From positions 4,352,001 through 4,416,000 of the forward strand of contig OZ252098.1 of NCBI GenBank assembly GCA_965248355.1: a stretch of 64,000 nucleotides of DNA, in the 5' to 3' direction. Position numbers and translations under genes: made by a program. The notes below the pieces were generated by a model. That model saw only the letters and a program-made list of their open reading frames with translations. It had not been told where the DNA came from and ran no database searches. Below are positions 28,065 through 37,774 of this stretch, in pieces. Within the stretch, counting starts at the first letter, position 1, and each line of letters opens with the position of its first letter. The DNA comes from Candidatus Latescibacterota bacterium. Lineage in GTDB: Bacteria > Latescibacterota > UBA2968 > UBA8231.

Positions 28065-29465
28065 TCAGAGGGGCGGGCGCTCCTGGCTCCAGGGGGCGAG
28101 CTGCTCGAAGGCGCGGGCGGCGCGCAACACGGTGAGGTCCTGGCGCCAGCCGCCGATGATCTGCAAGCCCACGGGCAGGCCGTCGACGCGGCCGCAGGGC
28201 ACGGTGGCGGCGGGCAGGCCGGTGAGGTTCACCGGGTAGGTGAAGGCCGTCCAGCTCAGGTAGGTCGTCTCACGGCCGGCGATCGAGCCCGGGTGGTCGT
28301 CGCCGGCGGCAAAGGCGGTCACCGGAAGCGTCGGCGTCAGCAGCAGGTCGCGGCCCTCGAAGAACTCCCGCCACCGGTGGTAGCAGGCGTTGCGCTCCAG
28401 GTAAGCCGCGGCCACTTCGGTGCCCCGGAATCCGAACCCCTCCTCGACGACGGCGCGCAGGCCGGGATCGAGGCGGTGGGCGACCTCTTCGAACTCGTCG
28501 CCGAAGGCGGCGGCGAAAGCCGTGGACCACAAGGTATGGAGGAGCCGCCACGGGTCGTCGGTCTCCGGGTGCGCTTCCTCGATGGTGCATCCGAGGTCCG
28601 CGAAGCGGAGAGCGGCGGCCCGGGCGGTATCGGCGACCTGGGGATCGACGGCGGCGTATCCCAGGTCGGAGGTCCAGGCCACGCGCAGTCCCTCCACCCC
28701 AGCCTCGATCTCCTCCAGCGCCACCGGCTCGGCCGGCAGGGAGGTGCGGTCCCGCGCGTCGGGGCCGGCCATGGCCTCCAGCATGAGCACGGCGTCGCCC
28801 ACGGTGCGCGTGATCGGCCCGGCGTGGGACAGGGTCTCCACGACGCTGGCCGGGTGCTGGGGCACCCTTCCCCAGGACGGCTTGAAGCCGAAGGCGCCGC
28901 AGAAGGCGGCGGGGATGCGGATCGAGCCGGCGCCGTCCGTCCCCTGGGCGAGGGCACCCAGGCCGGCGGCCACCGCCGCCGCCGCGCCGCCGCTGGAGCC
29001 GCCCGGGGTGCGCCCGCGCCGCCAGGGGTTGTGGGTCGGTCCGCAGACGCGGTTGCCGGAGTCCCCCTTCCACCCCAGCTCCGGCGTGTTCGTCTTGCCG
29101 AGCAGGATCATGCCGGCGTCCCGCAGGCGCTCGGCGAGGGGGGCGTCGAAGTCGGGGATCCAGTCGGCGGTCAGCAGCGAGCCCCGGGTGGTGCGGATCC
29201 CGCGCGTCGCCGTGAGGTCCTTCAGCGAGCCGGGGATGCCGGCCAGAGGCGGCGGGTCCCCGGCCCCGGAATAGGCGGCCTCGGCGGCTCTGGCCTCCGC
29301 CATGGCCCGCTCGGGGGTGACCGTGACGAAGGCGTTGAGCCCGGCGTCGACGGCCTCGATCCGGCGCAGCACCGCTTCGGTGACCTCCACCGGGGACAGC
29401 TCGCGGCGTTCGTACCGCCGCCGCAGCTCGAGGCCGGAGAGCCAGCACAGATCGGTGTCGTTCAT
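28065..29465 (-). CDS. Amidase signature family protein
   Basis: SLKDL, GKTNTPE, GGSSGGAAAAVAAG, GTDGAGSIRIPA; ATGA-coupled to the upstream oxidoreductase. Confidence 0.93.
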   Translation of the reverse strand: MNDTDLCWLSGLELRRRYERRELSPVEVTEAVLRRIEAVDAGLNAFVTVTPERAMAEARAAEAAYSGAGDPPPLAGIPGSLKDLTATRGIRTTRGSLLTADWIPDFDAPLAERLRDAGMILLGKTNTPELGWKGDSGNRVCGPTHNPWRRGRTPGGSSGGAAAAVAAGLGALAQGTDGAGSIRIPAAFCGAFGFKPSWGRVPQHPASVVETLSHAGPITRTVGDAVLMLEAMAGPDARDRTSLPAEPVALEEIEAGVEGLRVAWTSDLGYAAVDPQVADTARAAALRFADLGCTIEEAHPETDDPWRLLHTLWSTAFAAAFGDEFEEVAHRLDPGLRAVVEEGFGFRGTEVAAAYLERNACYHRWREFFEGRDLLLTPTLPVTAFAAGDDHPGSIAGRETTYLSWTAFTYPVNLTGLPAATVPCGRVDGLPVGLQIIGGWRQDLTVLRAARAFEQLAPWSQERPPL

Positions 29466-30472
29466 GCCAGGACCACCTCCCGGCCGCTGCGGGAGGACTC
29501 CAGGCACGCCGTCATCACCTCCACGAGGTGGCGGGCGTACTCCGCGGTGACCGGCGGCTCGGTCCCCGCGTCGATGGCGTCGACGAAGGCCTGCAGCTGC
29601 CGCGTCGTCGCGTCGTGGTCCTCGGTGACCGTGACTTGCTCCCAGTTCCCCTCCTTGCCCACGAAGACGTCGTCCCGTCCGGACTCGATGCCCCTGCGCA
29701 ACTGGATCATCCCGTCCGTGCACACGAACTCGGTGCTGAAACGGGTGCCGCCCGTCCTCCACCACACGTGGATGAGGGTGGCGTGGACGCCGTTCTCGAA
29801 GTGCAGCAGGGCCATGGCCACGTCGTCGGCGGAGAACTCGAAGAAGCGGCTGTCGATCAGCGCCTTGACGGCGGCGACGCGGCTGCCCGTCCACCAGCAG
29901 GAGCGGTCGATCAGGTGGATGCCGTTCTGGTACCACAGCCCGCCGTGAGTGGCCTTGTCGAGATACCAGGCCGGCCTGGCGGGATTGAAGGGCCGGTAGG
30001 CCTCGTCGCAGAGACAGACCAGGTCGCCCAGGGCCCGCTCGTCCAACAGCTTCTTCACCGCCCGGTTCTGCGGCGAGAAGTGGTGCATGTGGCCCACGGT
30101 GAGCTGCCGGCCCGACCGGCGGGCGGCCTCGATCATGGTGTCGCACTGCTCGACGTCGACGGCCATCGGCTTTTCCACCAGCACATGCTTGCCCGCCTCC
30201 AGGGCGGCCACCGCCGCTTCGCAGTGCATGGCGTGGGGGAGGCAGACGATGGCCACGTCGACCTGGTCGTCGGCGAGCAGGTCGTGGTACGTGGAATAGC
30301 CCCGGCAGCCATGCTCCGCGCAGGCGCGGGCCAGTCGTTCCTCGTGGGTATCGGCGATCGCCCGCAACTCCGTAGATTGAAGGGCCGCCGCCGCCCGCAG
30401 ATGCGCCCCGGCGATGCTGCCGGCTCCGATGATCCCGATGCCGTGCGTCCGCATGCCTCGTATGCTAACCAT
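29462..30472 (-). CDS. Gfo/Idh/MocA family oxidoreductase
   Basis: IGIIGAGSIA, GKHVLVEKPMA, GIHLID. Alternative ATG at 30454. Confidence 0.93.
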   Translation of the reverse strand: MVSIRGMRTHGIGIIGAGSIAGAHLRAAAALQSTELRAIADTHEERLARACAEHGCRGYSTYHDLLADDQVDVAIVCLPHAMHCEAAVAALEAGKHVLVEKPMAVDVEQCDTMIEAARRSGRQLTVGHMHHFSPQNRAVKKLLDERALGDLVCLCDEAYRPFNPARPAWYLDKATHGGLWYQNGIHLIDRSCWWTGSRVAAVKALIDSRFFEFSADDVAMALLHFENGVHATLIHVWWRTGGTRFSTEFVCTDGMIQLRRGIESGRDDVFVGKEGNWEQVTVTEDHDATTRQLQAFVDAIDAGTEPPVTAEYARHLVEVMTACLESSRSGREVVLA

Positions 30473-30548
30473 GTTCCCGCCCGCGCCTCAAGCTCACCAC
30501 CCGGCGGCCGGCTCGATCCGGACCGTGCTGGCCTGGAGGACCTGACCC

Positions 30549-30755
30549 ATGCCCCGCCTTGACGCCGCGGCCCTGCAGCGGCTGATGATGCGCAGGAACT
30601 TCCTTTTCAAGTTTCAGGTGGCCAACCAGGTCGGCATCAGCTATGCCCGTCTGACCGCCATCCTCGTGGGCGGCGAGACCGAGGTGGAGGAGGAGCTCGT
30701 GGCCCGCCTCTGTGCCGGACTGGACTGCGAGGCTTCGGAGATCCTGGCGAAATGA
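30549..30755 (+). CDS. Small XRE/Cro-like helix-turn-helix protein
   Basis: GGAGGA RBS; QVANQVGISYARLTAILVG...VARLCAGLDCEASEIL pattern. Confidence 0.75.
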   Translation: MPRLDAAALQRLMMRRNFLFKFQVANQVGISYARLTAILVGGETEVEEELVARLCAGLDCEASEILAK

Positions 30756-30834
30756 GACGATTCCCGCCGGTGCGCCGCCGCGGGACGGCGCGGGCGAAGT
30801 CGACCGGCCTTGCAGCCCGTCGCCCGGAGACCCG

Positions 30835-32064
30835 ATGACCCCCGGGACGCCCGAAGCCGGCAGCGGCCGGCTGCGCGCCGCCTTCGGGGATCCCGTCGAC
30901 GAGGGCGCGGTCCGCCAGATCCACGCCTGCATGGCCGACGGCACCGGCGCCGTCGGCGGCGTCCTCATGGCCGATCATCACCTCGGGTACTCCATGCCGG
31001 TGGGGGGAGTGGTCACCTACGAAGGCCGGATCTCGCCCTCGGGGGTGGGCTACGACATCGCCTGCGGCAACAAGGCGGTGCGTGTCGATCTGACCGCCGG
31101 AGAGCTGCGGCCCCGGATGCCGGAGCTGATGGACGAGATCTGGGAGACCATCTCCTTCGGCATCGGCCGGAGGAACAAGGAGCCCGTGGAGGATCCCCTC
31201 TTCGACGACGATCCCGCCTGGAGCATCGAGGTGGCCGCCGGGCTCCGCGGCTTGGCGCGCGGACAGCTCGGCACCGTCGGCGCCGGCAACCACTACGTGG
31301 ACGTCTTCGCCGACGAGGTCGATCGCGTCTGGATCGGCGTGCACTTCGGCTCCCGCGGCCTCGGCCACCGGCTGGCCACTCACTTCATGCGCCTGGGCGG
31401 CGGCTCCGACGACTTCCACGCACCTCCCGTGCTGTTCGACGCCGACTCCCAGGTGGGACGGGAATACCGGGCCTGCATGGAGCTCGCCGGACGTTACGCC
31501 TACGCCGGCCGGGACTGGGTCTGCCGCCGCGTCTGCGAGATCCTCGGATCCCCGGTCCGGGAGCAGGTTCACAATCACCACAACTTCGCCTGGCTCGAGG
31601 AGCACGACGGCCGCCAGGTATGGGTCGTGCGCAAGGGGGCGACCCCCGCCTACCCCGGACAGCGGGGCTTCATCGGCGGCTCCATGGGGGACGTCTCCGT
31701 GATCGTCGAGGGGATCGACTCCGAGGAGGCGGCCCTGGGCTACCGCTCCACCGTGCACGGCGCCGGCCGCGTCATGTCGCGCACGGCCGCGGCCGGCCGC
31801 GTGCGCTGGCGGAGGGGCAAGGGCCGCCGGAGGAAGCCGGTGGTCGTGAAGGAGGGCCGGATCAGCCGCAGGATGATGGAGGACTGGATCCGCGACTGGG
31901 GCGTGGAGCTGCGCGGCGCCGGCACCGACGAGTCCCCCCACTGCTACAAGCGGCTGCCGGAGGTGCTGGAGCACCACGCCGGGTCGATCCGGGTGTTGCA
32001 CACGCTCAGGCCCCTGGGAGTGGCCATGGCGGGCCCCGAGACGCACGATCCCTACCGCGACTAG
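30835..32064 (+). CDS. rtcB: RtcB family RNA ligase
   Basis: MADHHLGY, GVGYDIACG, LGTVGAGNHY, HFGSRG, HNHHN, STVHGAGR, DESPHCYK. ATG 30835 follows GGAGA. Confidence 0.93.
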   Translation: MTPGTPEAGSGRLRAAFGDPVDEGAVRQIHACMADGTGAVGGVLMADHHLGYSMPVGGVVTYEGRISPSGVGYDIACGNKAVRVDLTAGELRPRMPELMDEIWETISFGIGRRNKEPVEDPLFDDDPAWSIEVAAGLRGLARGQLGTVGAGNHYVDVFADEVDRVWIGVHFGSRGLGHRLATHFMRLGGGSDDFHAPPVLFDADSQVGREYRACMELAGRYAYAGRDWVCRRVCEILGSPVREQVHNHHNFAWLEEHDGRQVWVVRKGATPAYPGQRGFIGGSMGDVSVIVEGIDSEEAALGYRSTVHGAGRVMSRTAAAGRVRWRRGKGRRRKPVVVKEGRISRRMMEDWIRDWGVELRGAGTDESPHCYKRLPEVLEHHAGSIRVLHTLRPLGVAMAGPETHDPYRD

Positions 32065-32071
32065 GGCGGTC

Positions 32072-33811
32072 ATGGAGCGACTCCTTCCCTTCCTCCGCTG
32101 GCTCCCCGAACTTCGCCGCCCCGGCGTGCTGCGCCGCGACCTGGTCGCCGGCGTCACGGTGGCCGCCGTCCTCGTGCCGCAGGCCATGGCCTACGCCGAA
32201 CTGGCCGGGCTGCCCTCGGTCTACGGCCTCTACGCCGCCTTCCTGCCGCCGGTGATCGCCGCCTTCTGGGGATCCTCCAGGCATCTGGCCACGGGACCCG
32301 TGGCCATGGCCTCCCTCATCAGCGCCGCCGCCGTCGGGTCGGTGGCCGGGGCGGGCACCGAGGCCTTCGTCTCCTGCTCGATCCTGCTGGCCCTGATGGT
32401 CGGGGTCCTGCGCCTGGCCCTCGGAGCGCTGAGGATGGGGATGCTCGTCAATCTGCTCTCCGTGCCGGTCATCGCCGGCTTCACCGCCGCCGCGGCCCTG
32501 ATCATCGCCAGCTCCCAACTGCATCACCTCCTCGGTGTGACCGCCGAGACCGGGGCGTTCCATCTGGAGACCGTGGGCCGGGTCCTGGTGGCGGCCGGCG
32601 CTGATCTTCGCTGGACGACGGTGGGCATGGGGGCCCTGGCCGCCGCGATCCTCTTCCTGCTCCGGCACCGGTTCGAGAAGGTCATCGCCGCCGTGATCGT
32701 CACCACGGCCGTTTCCTGGGCGGTGGGCTTCGACGGGGAGGTGGTAGGGCACATACCCCGGGGCCTGCCCGCCTTCGAGCTGCCGGCCGTCGACCTCGGC
32801 GCGGCCCTGAAGCTGCTGCCCGGGGCCGCGGTCCTGACCCTCATCGGCCTGATGGAGGCCATGTCGATCGCCAAGACGATCGCGGCGCGCAGCAGACAGC
32901 ACATCGACGTCGACCAGGAGCTCGTCGGACAGGGCCTGGCCAACGTCGTGGGCAGCCTCTTCGGCTCCTATGCCGTCTCCGGATCGTTCTCGCGGTCCAT
33001 GGTCAACTTCACCAACGGCGCGGTCACGGGCTTCGCCTCCGCCGTGACCTCCGCCGCGGTCCTGCTCACCCTCCTGGTGCTCACACCCCTCTTCCACCAC
33101 CTGCCCCGGGCCACCCTGGCGGTCATCATCGTCGCCGCCGTCCTCGGCCTGTTCCGCATCCAACCGGTCCGCCGGGCCTGGAAGGTATCGCGCGCCGACG
33201 GCCTCATCGCCGCCGTCACCTTCTTCACCACCCTCGCCCTGGCGCCCGAACTCCACTGGGGCATCCTGATCGGTGTGGCCCTGTCCCTGCTGCAGTACCT
33301 GCGGCGCACGATGCGCCCCCACGTGGCCTACCTCGCCCGCCACCCGGAGGGCCATCTCGTCGACGCCGACGCCCACGGTCTGGCCCTCGGCCAGCGCATC
33401 GCCATCCTCCGCTTCGACGGACGCCTCTACTTCGGGGCCGCCGGCTACTTCGAGGACAAGGTGCTCGAGGCGCTGTCGAGGCTGCCCCAGCTGCGCTGTC
33501 TGGTGCTCGACGCCGGCGGCATCAACCAGATCGACGCCACCGGCGCCGAGGCCCTGCGCCGCGTCGTCGAGGAGCTGCGGGGTGTCGGCGTCGAGGTCCA
33601 CGTGACGCGCGTCAAGTACGACGTCTACCGAATCCTCGAGAGCACGGGGCTGGCCGACGAGATCGGCGCCGCCCGTTTCCACGACTGGAACCAGCATGTC
33701 CTGGAAGAGCTGTGGGACCGGATGGAGCCTTCGTACCGGGACCGCTGTCCTCTGAACGTGTCCACCCGAGCCGGCCCGGGTGGATCAGGTACGCACTCCG
33801 GCACGGGGTGA
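32072..33811 (+). CDS. SulP family anion permease with STAS domain
   Basis: DLVAGVTVAAVLVPQAMAYAELAGLP, GSSRHLATGP, QELVGQGLAN; STAS RFDGRLYF...IDATG. Confidence 0.95.
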   Translation: MERLLPFLRWLPELRRPGVLRRDLVAGVTVAAVLVPQAMAYAELAGLPSVYGLYAAFLPPVIAAFWGSSRHLATGPVAMASLISAAAVGSVAGAGTEAFVSCSILLALMVGVLRLALGALRMGMLVNLLSVPVIAGFTAAAALIIASSQLHHLLGVTAETGAFHLETVGRVLVAAGADLRWTTVGMGALAAAILFLLRHRFEKVIAAVIVTTAVSWAVGFDGEVVGHIPRGLPAFELPAVDLGAALKLLPGAAVLTLIGLMEAMSIAKTIAARSRQHIDVDQELVGQGLANVVGSLFGSYAVSGSFSRSMVNFTNGAVTGFASAVTSAAVLLTLLVLTPLFHHLPRATLAVIIVAAVLGLFRIQPVRRAWKVSRADGLIAAVTFFTTLALAPELHWGILIGVALSLLQYLRRTMRPHVAYLARHPEGHLVDADAHGLALGQRIAILRFDGRLYFGAAGYFEDKVLEALSRLPQLRCLVLDAGGINQIDATGAEALRRVVEELRGVGVEVHVTRVKYDVYRILESTGLADEIGAARFHDWNQHVLEELWDRMEPSYRDRCPLNVSTRAGPGGSGTHSGTG

Positions 33812-33906
33812 CCGTGCCGGAGTGCGGAGGAGCCGGCCGGGGGACGGCTGTCGAGGGTGGCGCGGTTTGGGGACGCAGAGCGCTCCGGCAGGCGCCGGAG
33901 CGGGCC

Positions 33907-34641
33907 TCAGGAGGCGGACGCCGTGCTGGGGTGGCGGCGGCCTCCGGGATACAGCCGCCCGACTTCGCGGCCGAAGCGGTAGGAGATGTCGACCGTCTCG
34001 ACGGGCTCGTCCCGGTAGTCGAACCGGGTCACGGCGCCGTGGATGGTCAGCGTCAGGTTGGCCACGTCGGCATGCAGGCTGCGGAACACGAGGAAGCCCT
34101 CCAGCTCCTGGCCGCTGAAGATCATCTCCTTGGGGAACATCGTCCGGTTCAGCAGGTCCTGCCGCTCGCGGAAGCGGCCGTACTCGTTGCCGCGGTAGCC
34201 CTGGACGTAGGCCCGGAAGTAGGTGGTCAGCTGAAGGATGTCGAGAGCCCAGTACTCCCGCCCGTTGTCGGAGAACAGGGCGATCTTCTTCGGGTCGACG
34301 AGGACCTTGGGATACTCGTAGTTCTTGACGCTCAGCAGGAAGACGGTGAACCGGTCCTCCGATTCCTGCTCCGGCCGCTCGGCATTGCCGAAGGTGTAGG
34401 GATTGGTCGAATGGACGCCGGCCGTGGAGGCCGTCTGAAACCGCCGGTTGAGCTCGCCCTCGGTCATGGGCCGCACGCGGATCTCCAGGCGCCCCTGCGT
34501 GAAGTGGATGCCCCCGTCGTCCTGAACCTCCAGGGAGGAGGCCTGGGACTCGAGAGGCTGCAGGGGCTCGGCGTAGTAGGAGTATCCGCAGCCGAGGGTG
34601 GTGAGCAGGAAAAGCGGCAGGGAGGCTCCGAGGTGTCTCAT
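33907..34641 (-). CDS. Hypothetical lipoprotein
   Basis: Lipobox LLTTLGC; GGAGGA RBS upstream; plausible globular sequence. Confidence 0.75.
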   Translation of the reverse strand: MRHLGASLPLFLLTTLGCGYSYYAEPLQPLESQASSLEVQDDGGIHFTQGRLEIRVRPMTEGELNRRFQTASTAGVHSTNPYTFGNAERPEQESEDRFTVFLLSVKNYEYPKVLVDPKKIALFSDNGREYWALDILQLTTYFRAYVQGYRGNEYGRFRERQDLLNRTMFPKEMIFSGQELEGFLVFRSLHADVANLTLTIHGAVTRFDYRDEPVETVDISYRFGREVGRLYPGGRRHPSTASAS

Positions 34642-34747
34642 CTTCCGTCCTCCGGCGAGGGCGAGTACCTTGCTCAGATGGTTTCCAGTATACTCCGCCC
34701 CTCTCCGAGGGGCAAGCCTCTCGCCGAGCGCTGAACGGCCCGGTCCG

Positions 34748-37708
34748 GTGTCGATCCGTGCCGTCCTGCTCGCCGCGGCGGTCTGGCTGCCGGCCCCGGG
34801 CTGTCTGTCCGAGGGAGATCGGGACCCGGTTCGGCCCGGATCTCCGATCCGCTTCGTGGAACGGGCGGCCGAGGCCGGTCTCGACTTCGAGCACGTCTCC
34901 GGCAGTCCGGAACAGCGCTACATCCTCGAGTCCATGTCGGCGGGCGCCGTGTTCTTCGACACCGACGGCGATCGCGATCAGGACCTCTTCCTGGTCAACA
35001 GCTCGCGTGTGGCCGCCCATCCGGCGGGCGTGGGCAACCGCCTCTATCTCAACGTCCCCGGACGGGACGGGGGCCGGGCCTTCGAGGACGCGACCCTCGC
35101 TTCGGGCCTGGGACGGAGCGGCTGGGGCATGGGCGCCGCCGCCGGCGATACCGACAACGACGGCGACGTCGACCTCTACGTGACCTACTGGGGGGAGAAC
35201 GTCCTCTACGAGAGCGCCGGCGACGGCCGCTTCACCGACGTCACCGTTGCCGCCGGGGTCGGGGATCCCGGGTGGGGTACCAGCGCCGCCTTCGGCGACC
35301 TCGACAACGACGGCCTGCTCGATCTCTTCGTCGCCAACTACCTCGTATTCGACCTGGAGGACCCGCCGGGAGGAGGCCTGCCCTGCAGTGGCTGGCGGGG
35401 GCTGGACGTCTACTGCGGCCCCCAAGGCCTGGAGCCGCAGAGCAACATCCTCTACCGCAACGAAGGGGTCGGGCGGTTCTCCGACCGCAGCCGGGAGACC
35501 GGCGTCTCCGGCCACCGGCAGCCGAGTCTCGGGGTGGTTCTCGGCGACTACGACGACGACGGCGACCAGGATCTCTACGTGGCCAACGACGGCTACCCCA
35601 ACCTCCTCTACCGCAACGACGGCCCCTGGCGGCTGACCGAGGTCGCCGCCTGGGCGGGCACCGCCTACAGCGAGGACGGCAGGCTGCAGGCCGGCATGGG
35701 CGTGGCCTCGGCCGATTACGACCAGGACGGGGACCTGGACCTGTTCGTCACGAACTTCTCGGACGACGTCAACACCCTCTATCAGAACCAGGGAGGAGGG
35801 CGCTTCCGCGACCACACGGGGGCCGCCGGTCTGGCCGCCGGCGCCCGTCCCTTCCTCGGCTGGTCCACGGCCTTCTTCGACGCCGACGCCGACGGCTGGC
35901 TCGACCTCTTCGTGGCCAACGGCCACATCTACCCCCAAGTCGACATGCTGCCCTCCGGCACCCGCTACGCTCAGCGGAACCTCCTCTACCGCAATCTGGG
36001 TGGACGGTTTCAACTGGTTGACGGAGGTCCCGGGATGGCGCTGGTCCGGGTCAGCCGCGGAGCGGCGCTGGGGGACTACGACAACGACGGCGACGCCGAT
36101 CTGCTGGTGATCAACCTCAACGAGCCGCCGGACCTGCTGCACAACGCCGGCCAGCCGCGGCGCTGGCTCGGGGTGCGGCTGCGCGGACGGCGGGGCAACC
36201 GCGACGCCATCGGAGCCAGGGTCCGGCTGCACAGCGGAGGCCTCGTGCAGACGCGCGAGGTCCAGCGGGCCGTGGGCTACCTGTCGCAGAGCGATCCACG
36301 CTTGCGGTTCGGCTTGGGAGAGGGGGCCCTGGCGGACAGTCTGGTCGTGCGCTGGCCCGGCGGCCGGCGGCAGGTGCTGCGCGGCCTGACGCCGGGGAGC
36401 TATCACGTGGTCGAAGAGGGCGTGGCCGAGCCCGTGGCCTCCTACGCCGGTTCCGACACCCTGTCCTTCCCCGGTGCCCCGGATCTGGTCGCCGTGTCCG
36501 AACCTGCTCCCGCCGCCGTCTACGAGCCCGGGGCCGGCGGCACGGTGGAGGAGCACTACCGCCGCGGCCGGGAGCTGTATGACCAGGGCCGCTACGAGGA
36601 GGCTGTCGCCGCCTTCCGGTGGCTGGTGGAGCGGCATCCCGACTTCCTTCCGGGGCGCTACTCGCTGGCGGTGGGCCTCTACTCGGCCATGGGCCGCATC
36701 GACGAGGCCCGGGTGATTCTCGAAGAGATCGTGTCCCTGGACTCGACGCGGGCCGAAGCCTTCCGCCTCCTCGGCGTCGTCCACCTGAGCCAGGACCGGC
36801 CCCGGGAGGCGGTCGCCGCCCTGCGGCGGGCCGTGGGACTCGACTCGGCGGACTGGGACGGCCACACCCGGCTCGGGCTGGCCCTGGTGCGGCTGGACGA
36901 GGCGGAGCCGGCGGCCGCGGCCTTCCGGAAGGCCGCCCGGCTGGCCCCGTGGAAGCCGCAGCCCCATCTGCACCTGGCGGACCTCTACGAGCGGCAGGGG
37001 CGCCCCCGGGAGGCGCTGGAGCACCGCGAGACCTTCGACCGGCTGAGACCCGCGGAGGAGGCGGTGCGGCGCGCCCGGCGTCAGGTGCGCGAGTTCCCCG
37101 GGCAGGCCCGGCTCCACTACCGCCTCGGGCTGGCCTACCTGGCCCAGGCGCGCAACACGACCGCGGCCGGTGCCTTCGGCGCCGCCCTCGGCCTGGATTC
37201 GACCCTGGCCGCCGCCCACCACGGCCTGGGCGCGGCCCATCACATGCGCGGCGAGCTGGCCGAGGCGATCGGAGCCTACCGCCGGGCCGCGCGGTGGGAC
37301 CCGGGGAGGCTCTCCAGTCACGCGGACCTCGCCCAGGCATGCCTGGAAGCGCGCCGTTTCGAGGAGGCCGTATCCGCCCTGGACGCGGCCCTTCAACTCG
37401 ATCCGGAGCGCCTCGAGCTGCGCACCCGCCGCGGCCTGGCGGCGGCCATGGCCGGGCGCATCGACGACGGCCTGCGCGATCTGCGGGCGGTGCTGCGGGC
37501 GGACCCGGGCCGGGTCGACAACCGCGCGGCCCTGGCCGAGGTCTACATGGTGGGGGGCCGTCTGCCGCAGGCGGTGGAAGAGTGGGAGGCCGTGCTGCGG
37601 CTCGAGCCGGACCATCCGAGGGCCGGGCCTCGCCTGCGCCAGCTGCGGCTTCGAATGGCCGGGGCTGATACCGGGGCGCCGGCTGGGGTGCCTTCCGGGG
37701 CGCCTTAG
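34748..37708 (+). CDS. CRTAC1-like FG-GAP + ASPIC/UnbV protein with C-terminal TPR array, probable lipoprotein
   Basis: DxDxDGDxDL repeats, AGMGV, NRDAIGARV, YLSQSDPRLRFGLG; multiple TPRs; N-terminal ...APGC. Confidence 0.9.
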   Translation: MSIRAVLLAAAVWLPAPGCLSEGDRDPVRPGSPIRFVERAAEAGLDFEHVSGSPEQRYILESMSAGAVFFDTDGDRDQDLFLVNSSRVAAHPAGVGNRLYLNVPGRDGGRAFEDATLASGLGRSGWGMGAAAGDTDNDGDVDLYVTYWGENVLYESAGDGRFTDVTVAAGVGDPGWGTSAAFGDLDNDGLLDLFVANYLVFDLEDPPGGGLPCSGWRGLDVYCGPQGLEPQSNILYRNEGVGRFSDRSRETGVSGHRQPSLGVVLGDYDDDGDQDLYVANDGYPNLLYRNDGPWRLTEVAAWAGTAYSEDGRLQAGMGVASADYDQDGDLDLFVTNFSDDVNTLYQNQGGGRFRDHTGAAGLAAGARPFLGWSTAFFDADADGWLDLFVANGHIYPQVDMLPSGTRYAQRNLLYRNLGGRFQLVDGGPGMALVRVSRGAALGDYDNDGDADLLVINLNEPPDLLHNAGQPRRWLGVRLRGRRGNRDAIGARVRLHSGGLVQTREVQRAVGYLSQSDPRLRFGLGEGALADSLVVRWPGGRRQVLRGLTPGSYHVVEEGVAEPVASYAGSDTLSFPGAPDLVAVSEPAPAAVYEPGAGGTVEEHYRRGRELYDQGRYEEAVAAFRWLVERHPDFLPGRYSLAVGLYSAMGRIDEARVILEEIVSLDSTRAEAFRLLGVVHLSQDRPREAVAALRRAVGLDSADWDGHTRLGLALVRLDEAEPAAAAFRKAARLAPWKPQPHLHLADLYERQGRPREALEHRETFDRLRPAEEAVRRARRQVREFPGQARLHYRLGLAYLAQARNTTAAGAFGAALGLDSTLAAAHHGLGAAHHMRGELAEAIGAYRRAARWDPGRLSSHADLAQACLEARRFEEAVSALDAALQLDPERLELRTRRGLAAAMAGRIDDGLRDLRAVLRADPGRVDNRAALAEVYMVGGRLPQAVEEWEAVLRLEPDHPRAGPRLRQLRLRMAGADTGAPAGVPSGAP

Positions 37709-37774
37709 GAGGCGCCTTCCTTCTCGCGGTCTCGCGCCGGCCGCCGCCGGTTCCGGGGCCGTCCGCAGAACCCT

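Noticed and set aside
30470..30835. tRNA or Y-RNA near rtcB
   Set aside because: No cloverleaf or T-loop (GTTCGAATC-like) motif is visible in the short intergenic segments.
34900..36120. Repeated GACxxxGACGGCGAC-type DNA motifs as a CRISPR or DGR repeat
   Set aside because: They encode FG-GAP DxDxDG repeats. There are no spacers, cas genes or reverse transcriptase.
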